A stretch of DNA of 64,000 nt from an uncultured Candidatus Saccharibacteria bacterium (GCA_964552375.1 CAZKFX010000001.1:3929-67928), one strand, 5' to 3'; shown: positions 26,365 through 36,163, numbered from the stretch's first letter. Notes: generated from the sequence alone by a model not told the origin. Made by a program: numbers and translations.

Positions 26365-27449
26365 TTTTAAAAAGGGGGTATGCTAAAATTATTTTTATGA
26401 TGAAATTTGATTTTGAAAAAATTAAAAAAGAAGGAAAAGAAAAGATAAAAAAAGCAAAAAATTTAGAGCAATTAAAAGAAATTTTTGATTTTTATTTTGG
26501 GAAAGAGGGAAAAATAAGTTTAATCTTCAAATCCTTAAAAGAAATGGGAGGAAAAGAGAAAAAGAAAATAGGACAAATAGCAAATGAATTAAAGAACTTT
26601 TTAAAAAGAGAGATAGAGAAAAAAGAAAATGAATTAAAAGAAAAACTTAAAAAAGAAATAGAAGAAAGGGAATGGTTAGATATTAGTTTGCCAGGTAAAA
26701 AACCTGAATTGGGTCATTTACATCCTTTAACTTTAATTACCAGAAAAATTGTTTCAATTTTTCAATCAATGGGTTTTTCAGTTGTTGAAGGTCCCGAAAT
26801 TGAAAACGAATGGTACAATTTTGATGCCTTAAATATCCCTAAAGAGCATCCAGCCAGGGATTTGTGGGACACTTTATATTTAAAAAATAATTTTAAAAGT
26901 GAAAATAAAAAAAATGGGAAATTTTTATTAAGAACCCACACCTCACCGGTTCAAATTCGTTATTTAGAAAAACACCAACCTCCTTTCAAAATTATAGCTC
27001 CAGGAAGAGTTTTTAGACATGAAGCCACAGATAGCAAGCATGAGATTAATTTTCACCAAATAGAAGGATTAATGGTGGCTGAAAAAGTTTCGGTTCCCCA
27101 TTTTAAGGCTATTATTTCCCATTTTTTAAATGAATTTTTTCAAAAAAAAGTCAAAATGAGATTGAGGCCTTCTTTTTTTCCTTTTACTGAGCCTTCTTTT
27201 GAAATAGATATTTTGTGTGTCATTTGTCAGGGAAAAGGTTGTTCAACCTGTTTGGGTTCTGGATATTTAGAAATAATGGGAGCTGGAATGGTTCATCCCA
27301 ATGTTTTTAAAAATTCGGGTTTAAATCCAAAGTTTTGGAAGGGTTTTGCTTTTGGTTTGGGTCTTGAAAGAATGGCAATGCTAAAATATAAAATTGATGA
27401 TATTAGACTATTTTTTAGTGGGGATTTAAGATTTTTAAAGCAATTTTGA
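26361..27449 (+). CDS. pheS: Phenylalanine--tRNA ligase alpha subunit
   Basis: IPKEHPARD, RTHTSPVQIRY, FRHEATDSKHEINFHQIEGL; class II motifs. Confidence 0.9.
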   Translation: MILKRGYAKIIFMMKFDFEKIKKEGKEKIKKAKNLEQLKEIFDFYFGKEGKISLIFKSLKEMGGKEKKKIGQIANELKNFLKREIEKKENELKEKLKKEIEEREWLDISLPGKKPELGHLHPLTLITRKIVSIFQSMGFSVVEGPEIENEWYNFDALNIPKEHPARDLWDTLYLKNNFKSENKKNGKFLLRTHTSPVQIRYLEKHQPPFKIIAPGRVFRHEATDSKHEINFHQIEGLMVAEKVSVPHFKAIISHFLNEFFQKKVKMRLRPSFFPFTEPSFEIDILCVICQGKGCSTCLGSGYLEIMGAGMVHPNVFKNSGLNPKFWKGFAFGLGLERMAMLKYKIDDIRLFFSGDLRFLKQF

Positions 27450-28021
27450 AAATTTTTATGAGAGAGAAGTTAACTTTTGAAAGAAGCGAAGAAAAGAAGA
27501 AAGAGACAGGTGAGGAAAAGAGTGAAAAAGAGAGAAAATTATCAGAAAGAGACCTGGCAAAGGTAGAATATATAAAAAGAAATACTCATTTGGGAAGGAT
27601 AGTGAAAGCACTTTTAGATAGTGAAAATGGGGAACGTCCTATGGATAAGGTAAGAAAAGAAATAAGAGCAGGACGCAAACCCGGCGGTCTTACCTTTCCT
27701 GCTGGGAGAGAATTGAAAATTTTTGAAATAGATGGTGGTACAATAAGACTAAAAGCGAGAGATGAGGAATTAAATCAAAAACTATTAGAATATTGGAGGA
27801 GAGCTGATGAGTTAGGTCTAGTGAGAGATATTTTAGAGATTGTTGAAGAAAAAGGAAGAATACCTCTTTCAGAAATAACAAATCGGTTTAGTTCTCTTTC
27901 TTCTCGTGATACTATTATTGAGAAGGTAAAAAAATTAGAAGAAGCGGGTTTAATTCAATCTTCAAAAGAGGGAAAAAGGAGAATTTTAATAAAAAAAGAA
28001 TTTAAAGAAAAAAAAGAATAA
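27446..28021 (+). CDS. K/E/R-rich winged-helix protein (paralogue of 30062 protein); true start probably MREKL at 27458
   Basis: C-terminal wHTH-like RIPLSEITNRFSSLSSRDTIIEKVKKLEEAGLIQ; N-terminus MREKL shared with the 30062 ORF. Confidence 0.4.
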   Translation: MKIFMREKLTFERSEEKKKETGEEKSEKERKLSERDLAKVEYIKRNTHLGRIVKALLDSENGERPMDKVRKEIRAGRKPGGLTFPAGRELKIFEIDGGTIRLKARDEELNQKLLEYWRRADELGLVRDILEIVEEKGRIPLSEITNRFSSLSSRDTIIEKVKKLEEAGLIQSSKEGKRRILIKKEFKEKKE

Positions 28022-28024
28022 AAT

Positions 28025-30055
28025 ATGCTTTTTTCTTTCCAATTTTTACAATCTTTTTTTGATAAAAAGCTTCCCCCTCCAAAAAAGTTGGCAGAGATTT
28101 TAACCAATCATATTTTTGAGGTGGAAAATGTAGAAAAAAAAGATAAAGATTATGTTTTAGATATTGATATTTTGCCAAACAGAGGAGATTGCCTTTCTCA
28201 TTTAGGATTGGCAAGAGAAATTTCAGCTATTTTAAATTTAAAATTAAAAGCACCAAAAATAAAAATTAAAGAATCAAAAGAAAAAATTGAAAAATATGTT
28301 TCTTTGGAGGTTAAAGATAAAACTTGCAAAAGATATACTGCCAGATTAATAAGAGGTATAAAAGTTTCTCAGTCTCCTTTGTGGTTAAAAAAGAGATTAG
28401 AAATTTGTGGCCTAAATTCTATAAATAATGTTGTTGATATTTTAAATTATGTAATGCTTGAATTTGGTCAACCCTTACATGCTTTTGATTTTGATAAAAT
28501 TTCTTTGCCCAAAAAAATAATTGTCAGAAATGCAAAAGAAGGAGAAGAAATAGTTAGTTTAGATGGGAAAAAATATAAATTAGACAGAGAGATATTATTA
28601 ATTGCTGATTCAAAAAAGCCCTTAGCAATAGCTGGAATTAAAGGAGGAAAGGAAGCTGAAATTAAAAAAGAGACAAAAAATATTTTAATTGAAAGTGCTA
28701 ATTTTGAGGGACCAAAAATTAGAAAGGCCTGCCGGAAATTAAAATTATTTACCGAAGCCTCAAAGAGATTTGAACATCGAATAGACCCCAATTTAACTGA
28801 GATTGCTCTAGAAAGAGCTTGCCAATTAATTCAACAAATTTGTGGAGGTGAGATTTTAAAAGGAAAATTGGATTTTTATTTAGAAAAAGAATCTCCAAGG
28901 ATTGTGGCTTTGGACTTTAAAAATTTAAGAGAAATTTTAGGGATTCATATTTCTCAAAAAGAAGTTAAAAGAATTTTGAATTCTCTTGGGTTCAAAACCA
29001 AAAAAGAGAAAGAAAAGTTAATAGTTAAAATCCCCACATTTAGAAGAGATATTTTTTTGCCAGAAGATTTAATTGAAGAAGTGGGAAGAATTGTAGGTTA
29101 TGAGAAGATTCCAATTGAGTTTCCAAAGGTATTTTTAGTACCTCCAAAAAGGAATTTGGAAATTTTCTGGCAAGAAATGACAAGAGATATTTTAAAAGAA
29201 ATGGGATTTTGTGAGGTTTATAATTATTCTTTTTTGAGCAAAAGAGAAATTGAAATTTTTGATTTTTTGCCAAATGAAGTAATAGAAATTGAAAATCCAA
29301 CTAGTGAAAAATTCCAATTTTTAAGACCAAGTTTAATTCCTAATTTGTTAAAAAACATTAAAAAGAATTTGCCCTATTTTAAAGAAATAAAAATTTTTGA
29401 GATAGGAAAAATTTTTAAAAAGGAAAATTCTCAAAAGATTTTAGAGAAAAAAATGCTTAGTGGAGCTCTTTTTGGAGAGAAGTTTTTTGAAGCTAAAGGA
29501 ACAGTAGAGGTTTTGCTAAATAAATTGGGTATAGCAAATGTTTGGTTTGATGAATATCAAGCTGTCCCCACTCAAACCAAAATTTCTATTTGGCATCCTA
29601 AAAGGTGTGCTGAAATTAAAATTAATCAAGAAAAAATAGGATTTTTAGGAGAAATTTGTGGTGATATTTTAGAAAAATATGAAATCTCTGGAAAGGTAAC
29701 TTTTTTTGATATTGATTTTGAAAAGTTCTCAAAATTGGCTTCAGAGGAACACGAATATCAACCCATTTCTCCCTATCCAGCGATAATAAGAGATATTGCT
29801 ATTTTGGTACCTAAAAAAGTAAAAGTTGTACAAATTTTAAATGTGATAAATTCTGTTGGCAAAGGATTAATTAGAGATGTTGATTTATTTGATATTTATG
29901 AAGATAAAGAGTTTTCAGAAGGAAAAAAGAGTTTAGCTTTTAGAATTGTTTATCAAGCAAAAGATAGGGCCTTGAGTCCAGAAGAGGTAGAAAAAGTTCA
30001 AGAAAATATTATTGAGGCTTTAGAAAAAAATCCTGACTGGAAAGTAAGAAGGTAA
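28025..30055 (+). CDS. pheT: Phenylalanine--tRNA ligase beta subunit (short form without N-terminal tRNA-binding domain)
   Basis: B3/B4 domain (ADSKKPLAIAGIKGG), B5 domain, C-terminal FDXB domain (FDIYED); 676 aa. Confidence 0.9.
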   Translation: MLFSFQFLQSFFDKKLPPPKKLAEILTNHIFEVENVEKKDKDYVLDIDILPNRGDCLSHLGLAREISAILNLKLKAPKIKIKESKEKIEKYVSLEVKDKTCKRYTARLIRGIKVSQSPLWLKKRLEICGLNSINNVVDILNYVMLEFGQPLHAFDFDKISLPKKIIVRNAKEGEEIVSLDGKKYKLDREILLIADSKKPLAIAGIKGGKEAEIKKETKNILIESANFEGPKIRKACRKLKLFTEASKRFEHRIDPNLTEIALERACQLIQQICGGEILKGKLDFYLEKESPRIVALDFKNLREILGIHISQKEVKRILNSLGFKTKKEKEKLIVKIPTFRRDIFLPEDLIEEVGRIVGYEKIPIEFPKVFLVPPKRNLEIFWQEMTRDILKEMGFCEVYNYSFLSKREIEIFDFLPNEVIEIENPTSEKFQFLRPSLIPNLLKNIKKNLPYFKEIKIFEIGKIFKKENSQKILEKKMLSGALFGEKFFEAKGTVEVLLNKLGIANVWFDEYQAVPTQTKISIWHPKRCAEIKINQEKIGFLGEICGDILEKYEISGKVTFFDIDFEKFSKLASEEHEYQPISPYPAIIRDIAILVPKKVKVVQILNVINSVGKGLIRDVDLFDIYEDKEFSEGKKSLAFRIVYQAKDRALSPEEVEKVQENIIEALEKNPDWKVRR

Positions 30056-30061
30056 ATTTTT

Positions 30062-30643
30062 ATGAGAGAAAAGCTTAGAATTAGAGAAAGCAGAAAAGAA
30101 AATGCAAGAGAAAACGAAAAAGCGGGGAATGAAATTGATAAGCTAAAAAACCTCTTGGGTTTATTTGAAGAAGGAAAAATTTTAAATTTAGTTCAAGAGA
30201 TTATCACAGAACAGCCAGAACTTTCCTTTTTTAAGGTAGCAGAGGAAATTCAAAAAATTACAGGAAAGTCTTCCAAGTCTGTTTACACAACACTCACATT
30301 ATTAGAAAGACAAGGCATAATACAAAAAGGAGAAAGAGAAGATAAAATAAAAATTGAAAATATTAATTGGGAAAAAGCAAGAGATTTGTGGGATGAAAGT
30401 GACCATAAAAAAATTTTAGAGTTTATTAATGAGAAAGGTAATGTTACCATAAAAGAAATTCAAGAAAATTTTAGGTTTTCTTCTTCTAAGGTTAGAAAAA
30501 TAGTGAGACAATTAAAAGAAAAAAAATTAATAAAGGTTATAAATTTTGGGATTCCTCATATAATTTGTTCTATAGATAAATTAAATGAGACTTCAAATCT
30601 TAAAGAATTATTTGAAATAAAAAACAAAAAGAAAAAACAATGA
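30062..30643 (+). CDS. K/E-rich protein with two winged-helix-like modules (paralogue of 27446 protein)
   Basis: MREKL N-terminus; wHTH-like GNVTIKEIQENFRFSSSKVRKIVRQLKEKKLIKV and KSSKSVYTTLTLLERQGIIQ. Confidence 0.4.
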   Translation: MREKLRIRESRKENARENEKAGNEIDKLKNLLGLFEEGKILNLVQEIITEQPELSFFKVAEEIQKITGKSSKSVYTTLTLLERQGIIQKGEREDKIKIENINWEKARDLWDESDHKKILEFINEKGNVTIKEIQENFRFSSSKVRKIVRQLKEKKLIKVINFGIPHIICSIDKLNETSNLKELFEIKNKKKKQ

Positions 30644-32556
30644 AAGAGAATGAAAAGAAAATAGATTATAGTGCTAAAGATATTCAGGTGCTTGAAGGTT
30701 TAGAACCTGTAAGGAAGAGGCCAGGGATGTATATTGGTTCTACTGATACTGAGGGCTTGCATCATCTTCTTGTTGAAGTAGTTGCTAATGCGGTAGATGA
30801 GGCGATAATGGGTTATTGTTCAGAGATTAAAGTTTTCCTTTTGCCAAAAAACGGAATTGAAGTCCAAGATAATGGAAGAGGAATTCCTGTAGATATTCAT
30901 CCCAAGACAAAAAAATCAGCTTTAGAAACGGTAATGACATATTTGCATGCGGGAGCAAAATTTGGAGGAAAAATTTATCTCTCTACAGGAGGACTGCATG
31001 GAGTGGGAATTTCTGCAGTTTGTGCCCTTTCTTCTTATTTGAAAGCAGAAGTTTGTAGAGGAGGAGAGAGATATTGTCAAGAATATTCAAGAGGAAAGGC
31101 CATTTCTCCTTTAAAGAAAATAGGAAAATGCTCAAATAGCGGAACCTCAATTTATTTTGAGCCAGATCCTCAAATTTTCAAAACAATTAAATGGAATTTC
31201 AAAAAAATTTTAAATCATTTAAGACAACAAGCTTATTTGACAAAAAAACTAAAAATTACCCTCTTTGATAAAAGAAAAAAACCCTTTACTTCTTATACTC
31301 TTTATTTTGAAGGGGGTTTGCCTTCTTATATAAAATATCTCACCAGAGGAGCAGAACCCTTGCATCAAAACATTTATTATGGATTTGGCGAAAAAGAAGG
31401 AACAATTGTAGAAGCTTCTTTTTTGTATACAAAAGAGATGGAATGCTATGAAGAAAGCTTTGCTAATAATGTATTTACACCAGGGGGAGGTACTCATTTG
31501 ACCGGCTTTAGAAGTGCCCTAACTAGAACTCTTAATGATTTTGCCAGAAAAAATGGATTTTTAAAGGAAAAAGATGAAAATTTAAGTGGAGAAGATATCA
31601 GGGAAGGATTGACAGCGGTGGTTTCAATTAAAATTAGAGATCCTCAATTTGAAGGTCAGACAAAGGCAAAATTAGGAAATTCAGAAGCAAAGGCGATAGT
31701 AGAACAAATAGTTGCACAAACTCTTTCTGAATTTTTAGAAAGACATCCCCAAGATGCCAAAGCTATTATTGAAAAATGTATTTTAGCCCAAAAAGCAAGA
31801 AAAGCGGCAAAGGCAGCAAGAGAGACAGTGCTAAAAAAAGGAATTCTAAGAGGTTTGGCTTTACCCGGGAAACTGGCAGATTGTGTTTCAAGAAAACCTC
31901 AAGAAAGTGAATTGTTTATTGTAGAAGGAGAGTCAGCAGGGGGAAGTTCCAGACAGGCAAGAGATCGTCATTTTCAGGCAATTTTACCTTTAAAAGGAAA
32001 AATTTTAAATGTAGAAAGGGCGAGATTAAATAAGATTTTGGCCTCCAAAGAGATAAAAAATTTAATAATTGCTTTAGGTACTGCCATTGGTGAAGATTTC
32101 AATCCAGACAAAGCGAGATATCATCGGATAATAATAATGTGTGATGCTGATAGTGATGGCAATCACATTAAAACCTTACTTTTAACTCTTTTTTACAGAT
32201 ATTTTAAACCACTAATTGAGAGGGGATATTTATATATTGCTCAACCCCCTCTCTACAAAATTCAAATTGGAAAAGAAGTAAAATATGCTTATAGTGAACA
32301 AGAAAAAGAAAAAATTTTAAAGAAAATTAAAAACAAAGCGGTTTCCATTCAAAGATATAAAGGATTGGGAGAAATGAATAGCCAAGAATTATGGGAGACT
32401 ACAATGAATCCTAAAAATAGGGTTTTGCTTAAAGTGACCATTGAAGATGCCAAAGAAGCAGATAGAATTTTTGATATTTTAATGGGAAATGAAGTATTAC
32501 CTCGGAAAAAGTTTATTCAAAATTACGCCAAATCTGTTAAAAATTTAGACATTTAA
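30640..32556 (+). CDS. gyrB: DNA gyrase subunit B
   Basis: GLEPVRKRPGMYIGST, LHHLLVEVVANAVDEA, EGESAGG, Toprim PLKGKILNVE. Confidence 0.9.
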   Translation: MKENEKKIDYSAKDIQVLEGLEPVRKRPGMYIGSTDTEGLHHLLVEVVANAVDEAIMGYCSEIKVFLLPKNGIEVQDNGRGIPVDIHPKTKKSALETVMTYLHAGAKFGGKIYLSTGGLHGVGISAVCALSSYLKAEVCRGGERYCQEYSRGKAISPLKKIGKCSNSGTSIYFEPDPQIFKTIKWNFKKILNHLRQQAYLTKKLKITLFDKRKKPFTSYTLYFEGGLPSYIKYLTRGAEPLHQNIYYGFGEKEGTIVEASFLYTKEMECYEESFANNVFTPGGGTHLTGFRSALTRTLNDFARKNGFLKEKDENLSGEDIREGLTAVVSIKIRDPQFEGQTKAKLGNSEAKAIVEQIVAQTLSEFLERHPQDAKAIIEKCILAQKARKAAKAARETVLKKGILRGLALPGKLADCVSRKPQESELFIVEGESAGGSSRQARDRHFQAILPLKGKILNVERARLNKILASKEIKNLIIALGTAIGEDFNPDKARYHRIIIMCDADSDGNHIKTLLLTLFYRYFKPLIERGYLYIAQPPLYKIQIGKEVKYAYSEQEKEKILKKIKNKAVSIQRYKGLGEMNSQELWETTMNPKNRVLLKVTIEDAKEADRIFDILMGNEVLPRKKFIQNYAKSVKNLDI

Positions 32557-32560
32557 AAAT

Positions 32561-33295
32561 GTGATAATTAAAAAAGTAAAGACAAGGGTTTTTTTACCTC
32601 CAAAAGATGATTTATTTTCTTTAATCAAAGAATCTCTGACTAATTTAAAAGAAAATTCAGTGATTGTTTTTACTTCAAAAATTGTGTCTATTTGGGAAGG
32701 GAGATGTATAAGAAAAAGTTTAGTTAAAAATAGAGAAGAATTAATTAAAAAAGAGGCAAAATTTTATATTAAAGAAAATAATTCTTTTTTAACCATTAAA
32801 CACAATAGCATTTTACCTTCAGCAGGTATTGATGAATCAAACGGAGATGAATATTACATTCTTTTACCAAAACACCCCTTTTTAAGTGCCAAAAAAATTT
32901 ATTATTTTATCAAAACTACTTACAAATTAAAAAAATTTGGTATAATTATCTCTGATAGCCATACAATTCCCCTAAGAAAAGGAACAATAGGAATTTCTTT
33001 GGCATATTGGGGAATAAAGCCCTTAAGAGATTATAGAGGAAAGAAAGATATTTTTGGAAGAAAATTGAAAGTTACTCAATTAAACATTGTAGATTCATTA
33101 GCTGCAATAGCTAATTTAGCAATGGGAGAAGGCAAAGAAAGGACACCAATTGTGATAATTGAAAATTTAAAAGAAGTAGAATTTGAAGAAAAAGCAGGAA
33201 AAATTAATTACTTAAAAATAAATAGAGAAAGAGATATTTATAAACCTTTGCTTTCAGTATTTAAAAATGGAAAAAGTAAACATAAGGAAAAGTAA
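32561..33295 (+). CDS. F420-0:gamma-glutamyl ligase (CofE)-family protein
   Basis: VIVFTSKIVSIWEGR; SAGIDESN; GIIISDSH..PLRKGTIGISL; KDIFGRKLKVTQLNIVDSLAAIANLAMGEG matches the CofE-family architecture. Confidence 0.6.
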   Translation: MIIKKVKTRVFLPPKDDLFSLIKESLTNLKENSVIVFTSKIVSIWEGRCIRKSLVKNREELIKKEAKFYIKENNSFLTIKHNSILPSAGIDESNGDEYYILLPKHPFLSAKKIYYFIKTTYKLKKFGIIISDSHTIPLRKGTIGISLAYWGIKPLRDYRGKKDIFGRKLKVTQLNIVDSLAAIANLAMGEGKERTPIVIIENLKEVEFEEKAGKINYLKINRERDIYKPLLSVFKNGKSKHKEK

Positions 33296-33542
33296 AAATT
33301 TAATTTATCAAAACTTTTCTATTTTGGCAGATGGTTCGGGTGTAAGAAATCCTCCATCAAAATCTATTTTGCAAAAATTTGAATATTACGAAAATAAAAT
33401 AATTTTGCATTTTAAAAATTTTTATATTGCTGAAATTAAAGCCAAAAATTTAGATGGCGAAAGAGAACTTTATAAAATAGCCCAAAGATTACCCGAATTT
33501 GTTGGAAAAAGCTACGAAGAGATTTTAAATTTTAACTTTTAA
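33267..33542 (+). CDS. Hypothetical small protein
   Basis: ORF overlapping the end of the CofE-like gene; no motif. Confidence 0.25.
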   Translation: MEKVNIRKSKNLIYQNFSILADGSGVRNPPSKSILQKFEYYENKIILHFKNFYIAEIKAKNLDGERELYKIAQRLPEFVGKSYEEILNFNF

Positions 33543-33550
33543 TTTAATTT

Positions 33551-33979
33551 ATGATAGAAATAAACAATTTGACCGGAAGAGAAATTAATGATGGTCTTTT
33601 AAAAAAAATATCAGAAAGTGTTTTAAAAGAAGAAGGAAAAGAGAAAGAAAATTTATCAATTGCTTTTGTGGGTCCAAATAGAATTAGAAGATTAAACAGA
33701 GAATTTAAGGGTAAAAATAGGGTGACAGAAATTTTGGTTTTTCCAAATAAAAAAGTTCAATTTGGACCCTACAAGTCAGGAGATTTAAGAGAAATGGAAG
33801 GGATAGGAGAAATAGTAATTTGTCCGAGAGAAATAAAGAAAAAAGTGAAAAGGCAAGGAGGTGATTTTGAAAAGGAATTAGTTAAAAGTTTAATTTTTGG
33901 AATTTTGCTTTTGACTAGAGAGAAAAAAGAAGAAATTGAACAAAAAAAAGAATATTATTTTTCAAAATATTTAAAATAA
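33551..33979 (+). CDS. ybeY: YbeY-like protein with degenerate metal-binding site
   Basis: LSIAFVGPNRIRRLNREFKGKNRVTEILVFP matches the YbeY N-terminal core; the HG.LHL.G.DH triad position reads FGILLLTREKK, with all three His replaced. Confidence 0.5.
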   Translation: MIEINNLTGREINDGLLKKISESVLKEEGKEKENLSIAFVGPNRIRRLNREFKGKNRVTEILVFPNKKVQFGPYKSGDLREMEGIGEIVICPREIKKKVKRQGGDFEKELVKSLIFGILLLTREKKEEIEQKKEYYFSKYLK

Positions 33980-33986
33980 AATTTTC

Positions 33987-35207
33987 ATGGCAAAAAAAAT
34001 TTTTTTGAGTGCCATTGATATTGGCTCTTCAAAAATTAAATTAGCTATAGCTAGAGAAGGAAAAGAAGGAATTGAGATTTTAAGTAATTTACAAATTCCT
34101 TCTTTCGGAGTGAGAAGGGGGGTGGTGATAAACCCAGAAAAGACCGCTGAGAAAATTGATTTTTTAATTGAAAAAGCTCAAGAAGAAACCGGAGGAAAAA
34201 TTAGAGAAGTTATCGTTAATATTGGTGGTGCCCATCTTTTTTCCAAAAATTCTCGGGGATTAGTTTCTGTATCCAGGGCGGATCAGAAAATTTCTCAACA
34301 AGATATTAACCGAGTTTTGGAAGCTTCAAAGACAGTTTCTTTGGGTTCCAATCAAGAAATTTTAGATATTTTTCCTAAAGAATTTATTGTTGATGGACAA
34401 CGAGGAATTAAAAACCCCCTTGATTTAAATGGGGTGAGATTAGAAGTAGAGGCAGTGGTTGTAGGAGGTTTTTCGCCTTATATTAGAAATTGTCGCGAAA
34501 CTATTTCTCTTTGTGATCTTTCTTTGATAGATTTGGTGCCCACTCCTTTGGCTAGTGCCTTGGGAGTTTTAAGGTCTAGAGAGAAAGAATTAGGAGTGGC
34601 GGTTGTAGATATCGGAGCTGGAACCACAAATTTATGTGTTTTTGAAGAACAAAATTTAATTCATTTAGCTGTCTTTCCAATGGGATCTGCAAATATTACT
34701 AATGATATTGCTATTTGTCTAAAAATAGATATTGATTTAGCAGAAAGAATAAAAATTAAATATGGAAGTTGCCTTAAAGAAAAAGCAGAAAAGAGATTAC
34801 ATAAAAATGAGAAAATAAAAATAGAAACCAAAGAAATCTTTTCTTTCAGTAAAAAATTGTTAGCTCAAATAATTGAAGCAAGAATTGTGGAGATTTTTAA
34901 AGAAGTTCAAAAGGAATTAAAGAAAATTGGCAAAGACCAAAAACTTCCTGCAGGAGTAGTTTTAACTGGAGGAGGTGCCAAACTTCCCTATTTAAAAGAG
35001 TTGGCTAAAAAATATTTGAGATTGCCCTGTAGAATAGGATATCCAATAGGTTTTCCTTCTCAATTTAATGATCTTTCTTTTTCTGTTTTGGCAGGTTTGA
35101 TTTTAAGAACTGTTGAAAGAGAGGACTTTTTCCCTGAAGAGAAGGTTTTAAATGGAAAAAAAATATTTGAGCATATTAAAAAAATTTTTAAGTTTTTTTT
35201 ACCTTAA
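33987..35207 (+). CDS. ftsA: Cell division protein FtsA
   Basis: Actin-like ATPase IFLSAIDIGSSKIKLAIA ... VVDIGAGTTN; followed by ftsZ. Confidence 0.85.
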   Translation: MAKKIFLSAIDIGSSKIKLAIAREGKEGIEILSNLQIPSFGVRRGVVINPEKTAEKIDFLIEKAQEETGGKIREVIVNIGGAHLFSKNSRGLVSVSRADQKISQQDINRVLEASKTVSLGSNQEILDIFPKEFIVDGQRGIKNPLDLNGVRLEVEAVVVGGFSPYIRNCRETISLCDLSLIDLVPTPLASALGVLRSREKELGVAVVDIGAGTTNLCVFEEQNLIHLAVFPMGSANITNDIAICLKIDIDLAERIKIKYGSCLKEKAEKRLHKNEKIKIETKEIFSFSKKLLAQIIEARIVEIFKEVQKELKKIGKDQKLPAGVVLTGGGAKLPYLKELAKKYLRLPCRIGYPIGFPSQFNDLSFSVLAGLILRTVEREDFFPEEKVLNGKKIFEHIKKIFKFFLP

Positions 35208-35213
35208 AAATCT

Positions 35214-36152
35214 ATGAGGTATCAACCCAAAATTAAAGTAATAGGAATTGGAGGGGCTGGAGGAAATACGATTTCCAGATTAAAAAAACTTAAAGCTGAA
35301 GGGGTAGAATTAATAGCTTTAAATACTGATGCTCAAGATTTGAAAAAGACAAAAGCTCATTTGAAAATTAGAATTGGAAAGAAATTAACTCAGGGATTAG
35401 GAACTGGAATGGATTGGCAAACAGGCGAAAGGGCAGTTATGGAACAAAAAGAAGAAATAAAAGAGGTTTTAAAAGATGCAGATTTAGTTTTTATTACTTT
35501 AGGATTAGGAGGAGGAACAGGTTCTGGCGGAGCCCCAGTGATTGCTGAGATTTGTAGAGAACTGAAAATTTTAACTTTGGTTGTAGCAACAATTCCTTTT
35601 TCTTTTGAGGGAGAATTAAGAAAAAAGATAGCCCAAATTACAATAGAAAAATTAAGACAAAAAGTGGATAGTTTAATTTTAATTCCCAATGATAAACTTT
35701 TGGAAAGTTTTGATTTTAAAATTTCTGTTTCTGAGGCTTTTTGGAGGGCTGATGAGATATTGAGAGAGGCAATTTTAGGAATTATAGATTTGGTAAGTGG
35801 CCCTGGTTTAATTAATGTTGATTTTGGCAACCTTAAAACGATTTTAAAAAATTCTGGAAAGGCTTATTTTGGTATTGGAAAAGGTTTTGGCGAAAAGAGA
35901 ATAGAAAAAGCAACAAATTCAGCTCTGTTTTCACCTTTAATAGAAATTTCTCCTAAAAAAGCCAAAGGAGTTTTGTTCAATGTTTCAGGTAGAGAGATTT
36001 CTTTGGGGGAGGTTGAACAAATAGCCCAATTTCTTTCAGAAAAAGTTCATCCCGAAGCTAAAATAATTTTTGGAGCCAAAGAGGATTTAAGCTTGAAGAA
36101 AGGAGAAATAAAAGTAATTTTAATTTTAACTAATTTTAATGACTCTTTTTGA
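35214..36152 (+). CDS. ftsZ: Cell division protein FtsZ (ftsA-linked copy; short, no conserved C-terminal peptide, T7 loop NVDFGN)
   Basis: GIGGAGGN; GLGGGTGSGGAP; T7 loop GLINVDFGNLKTIL; 312 aa ending ..ILTNFNDSF. Confidence 0.85.
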   Translation: MRYQPKIKVIGIGGAGGNTISRLKKLKAEGVELIALNTDAQDLKKTKAHLKIRIGKKLTQGLGTGMDWQTGERAVMEQKEEIKEVLKDADLVFITLGLGGGTGSGGAPVIAEICRELKILTLVVATIPFSFEGELRKKIAQITIEKLRQKVDSLILIPNDKLLESFDFKISVSEAFWRADEILREAILGIIDLVSGPGLINVDFGNLKTILKNSGKAYFGIGKGFGEKRIEKATNSALFSPLIEISPKKAKGVLFNVSGREISLGEVEQIAQFLSEKVHPEAKIIFGAKEDLSLKKGEIKVILILTNFNDSF

Positions 36153-36163
36153 AAGATACAAAA

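Noticed and set aside
35390-35830. 146-aa minus-strand ORF inside ftsZ
   Set aside because: Antisense to highly conserved FtsZ coding sequence.
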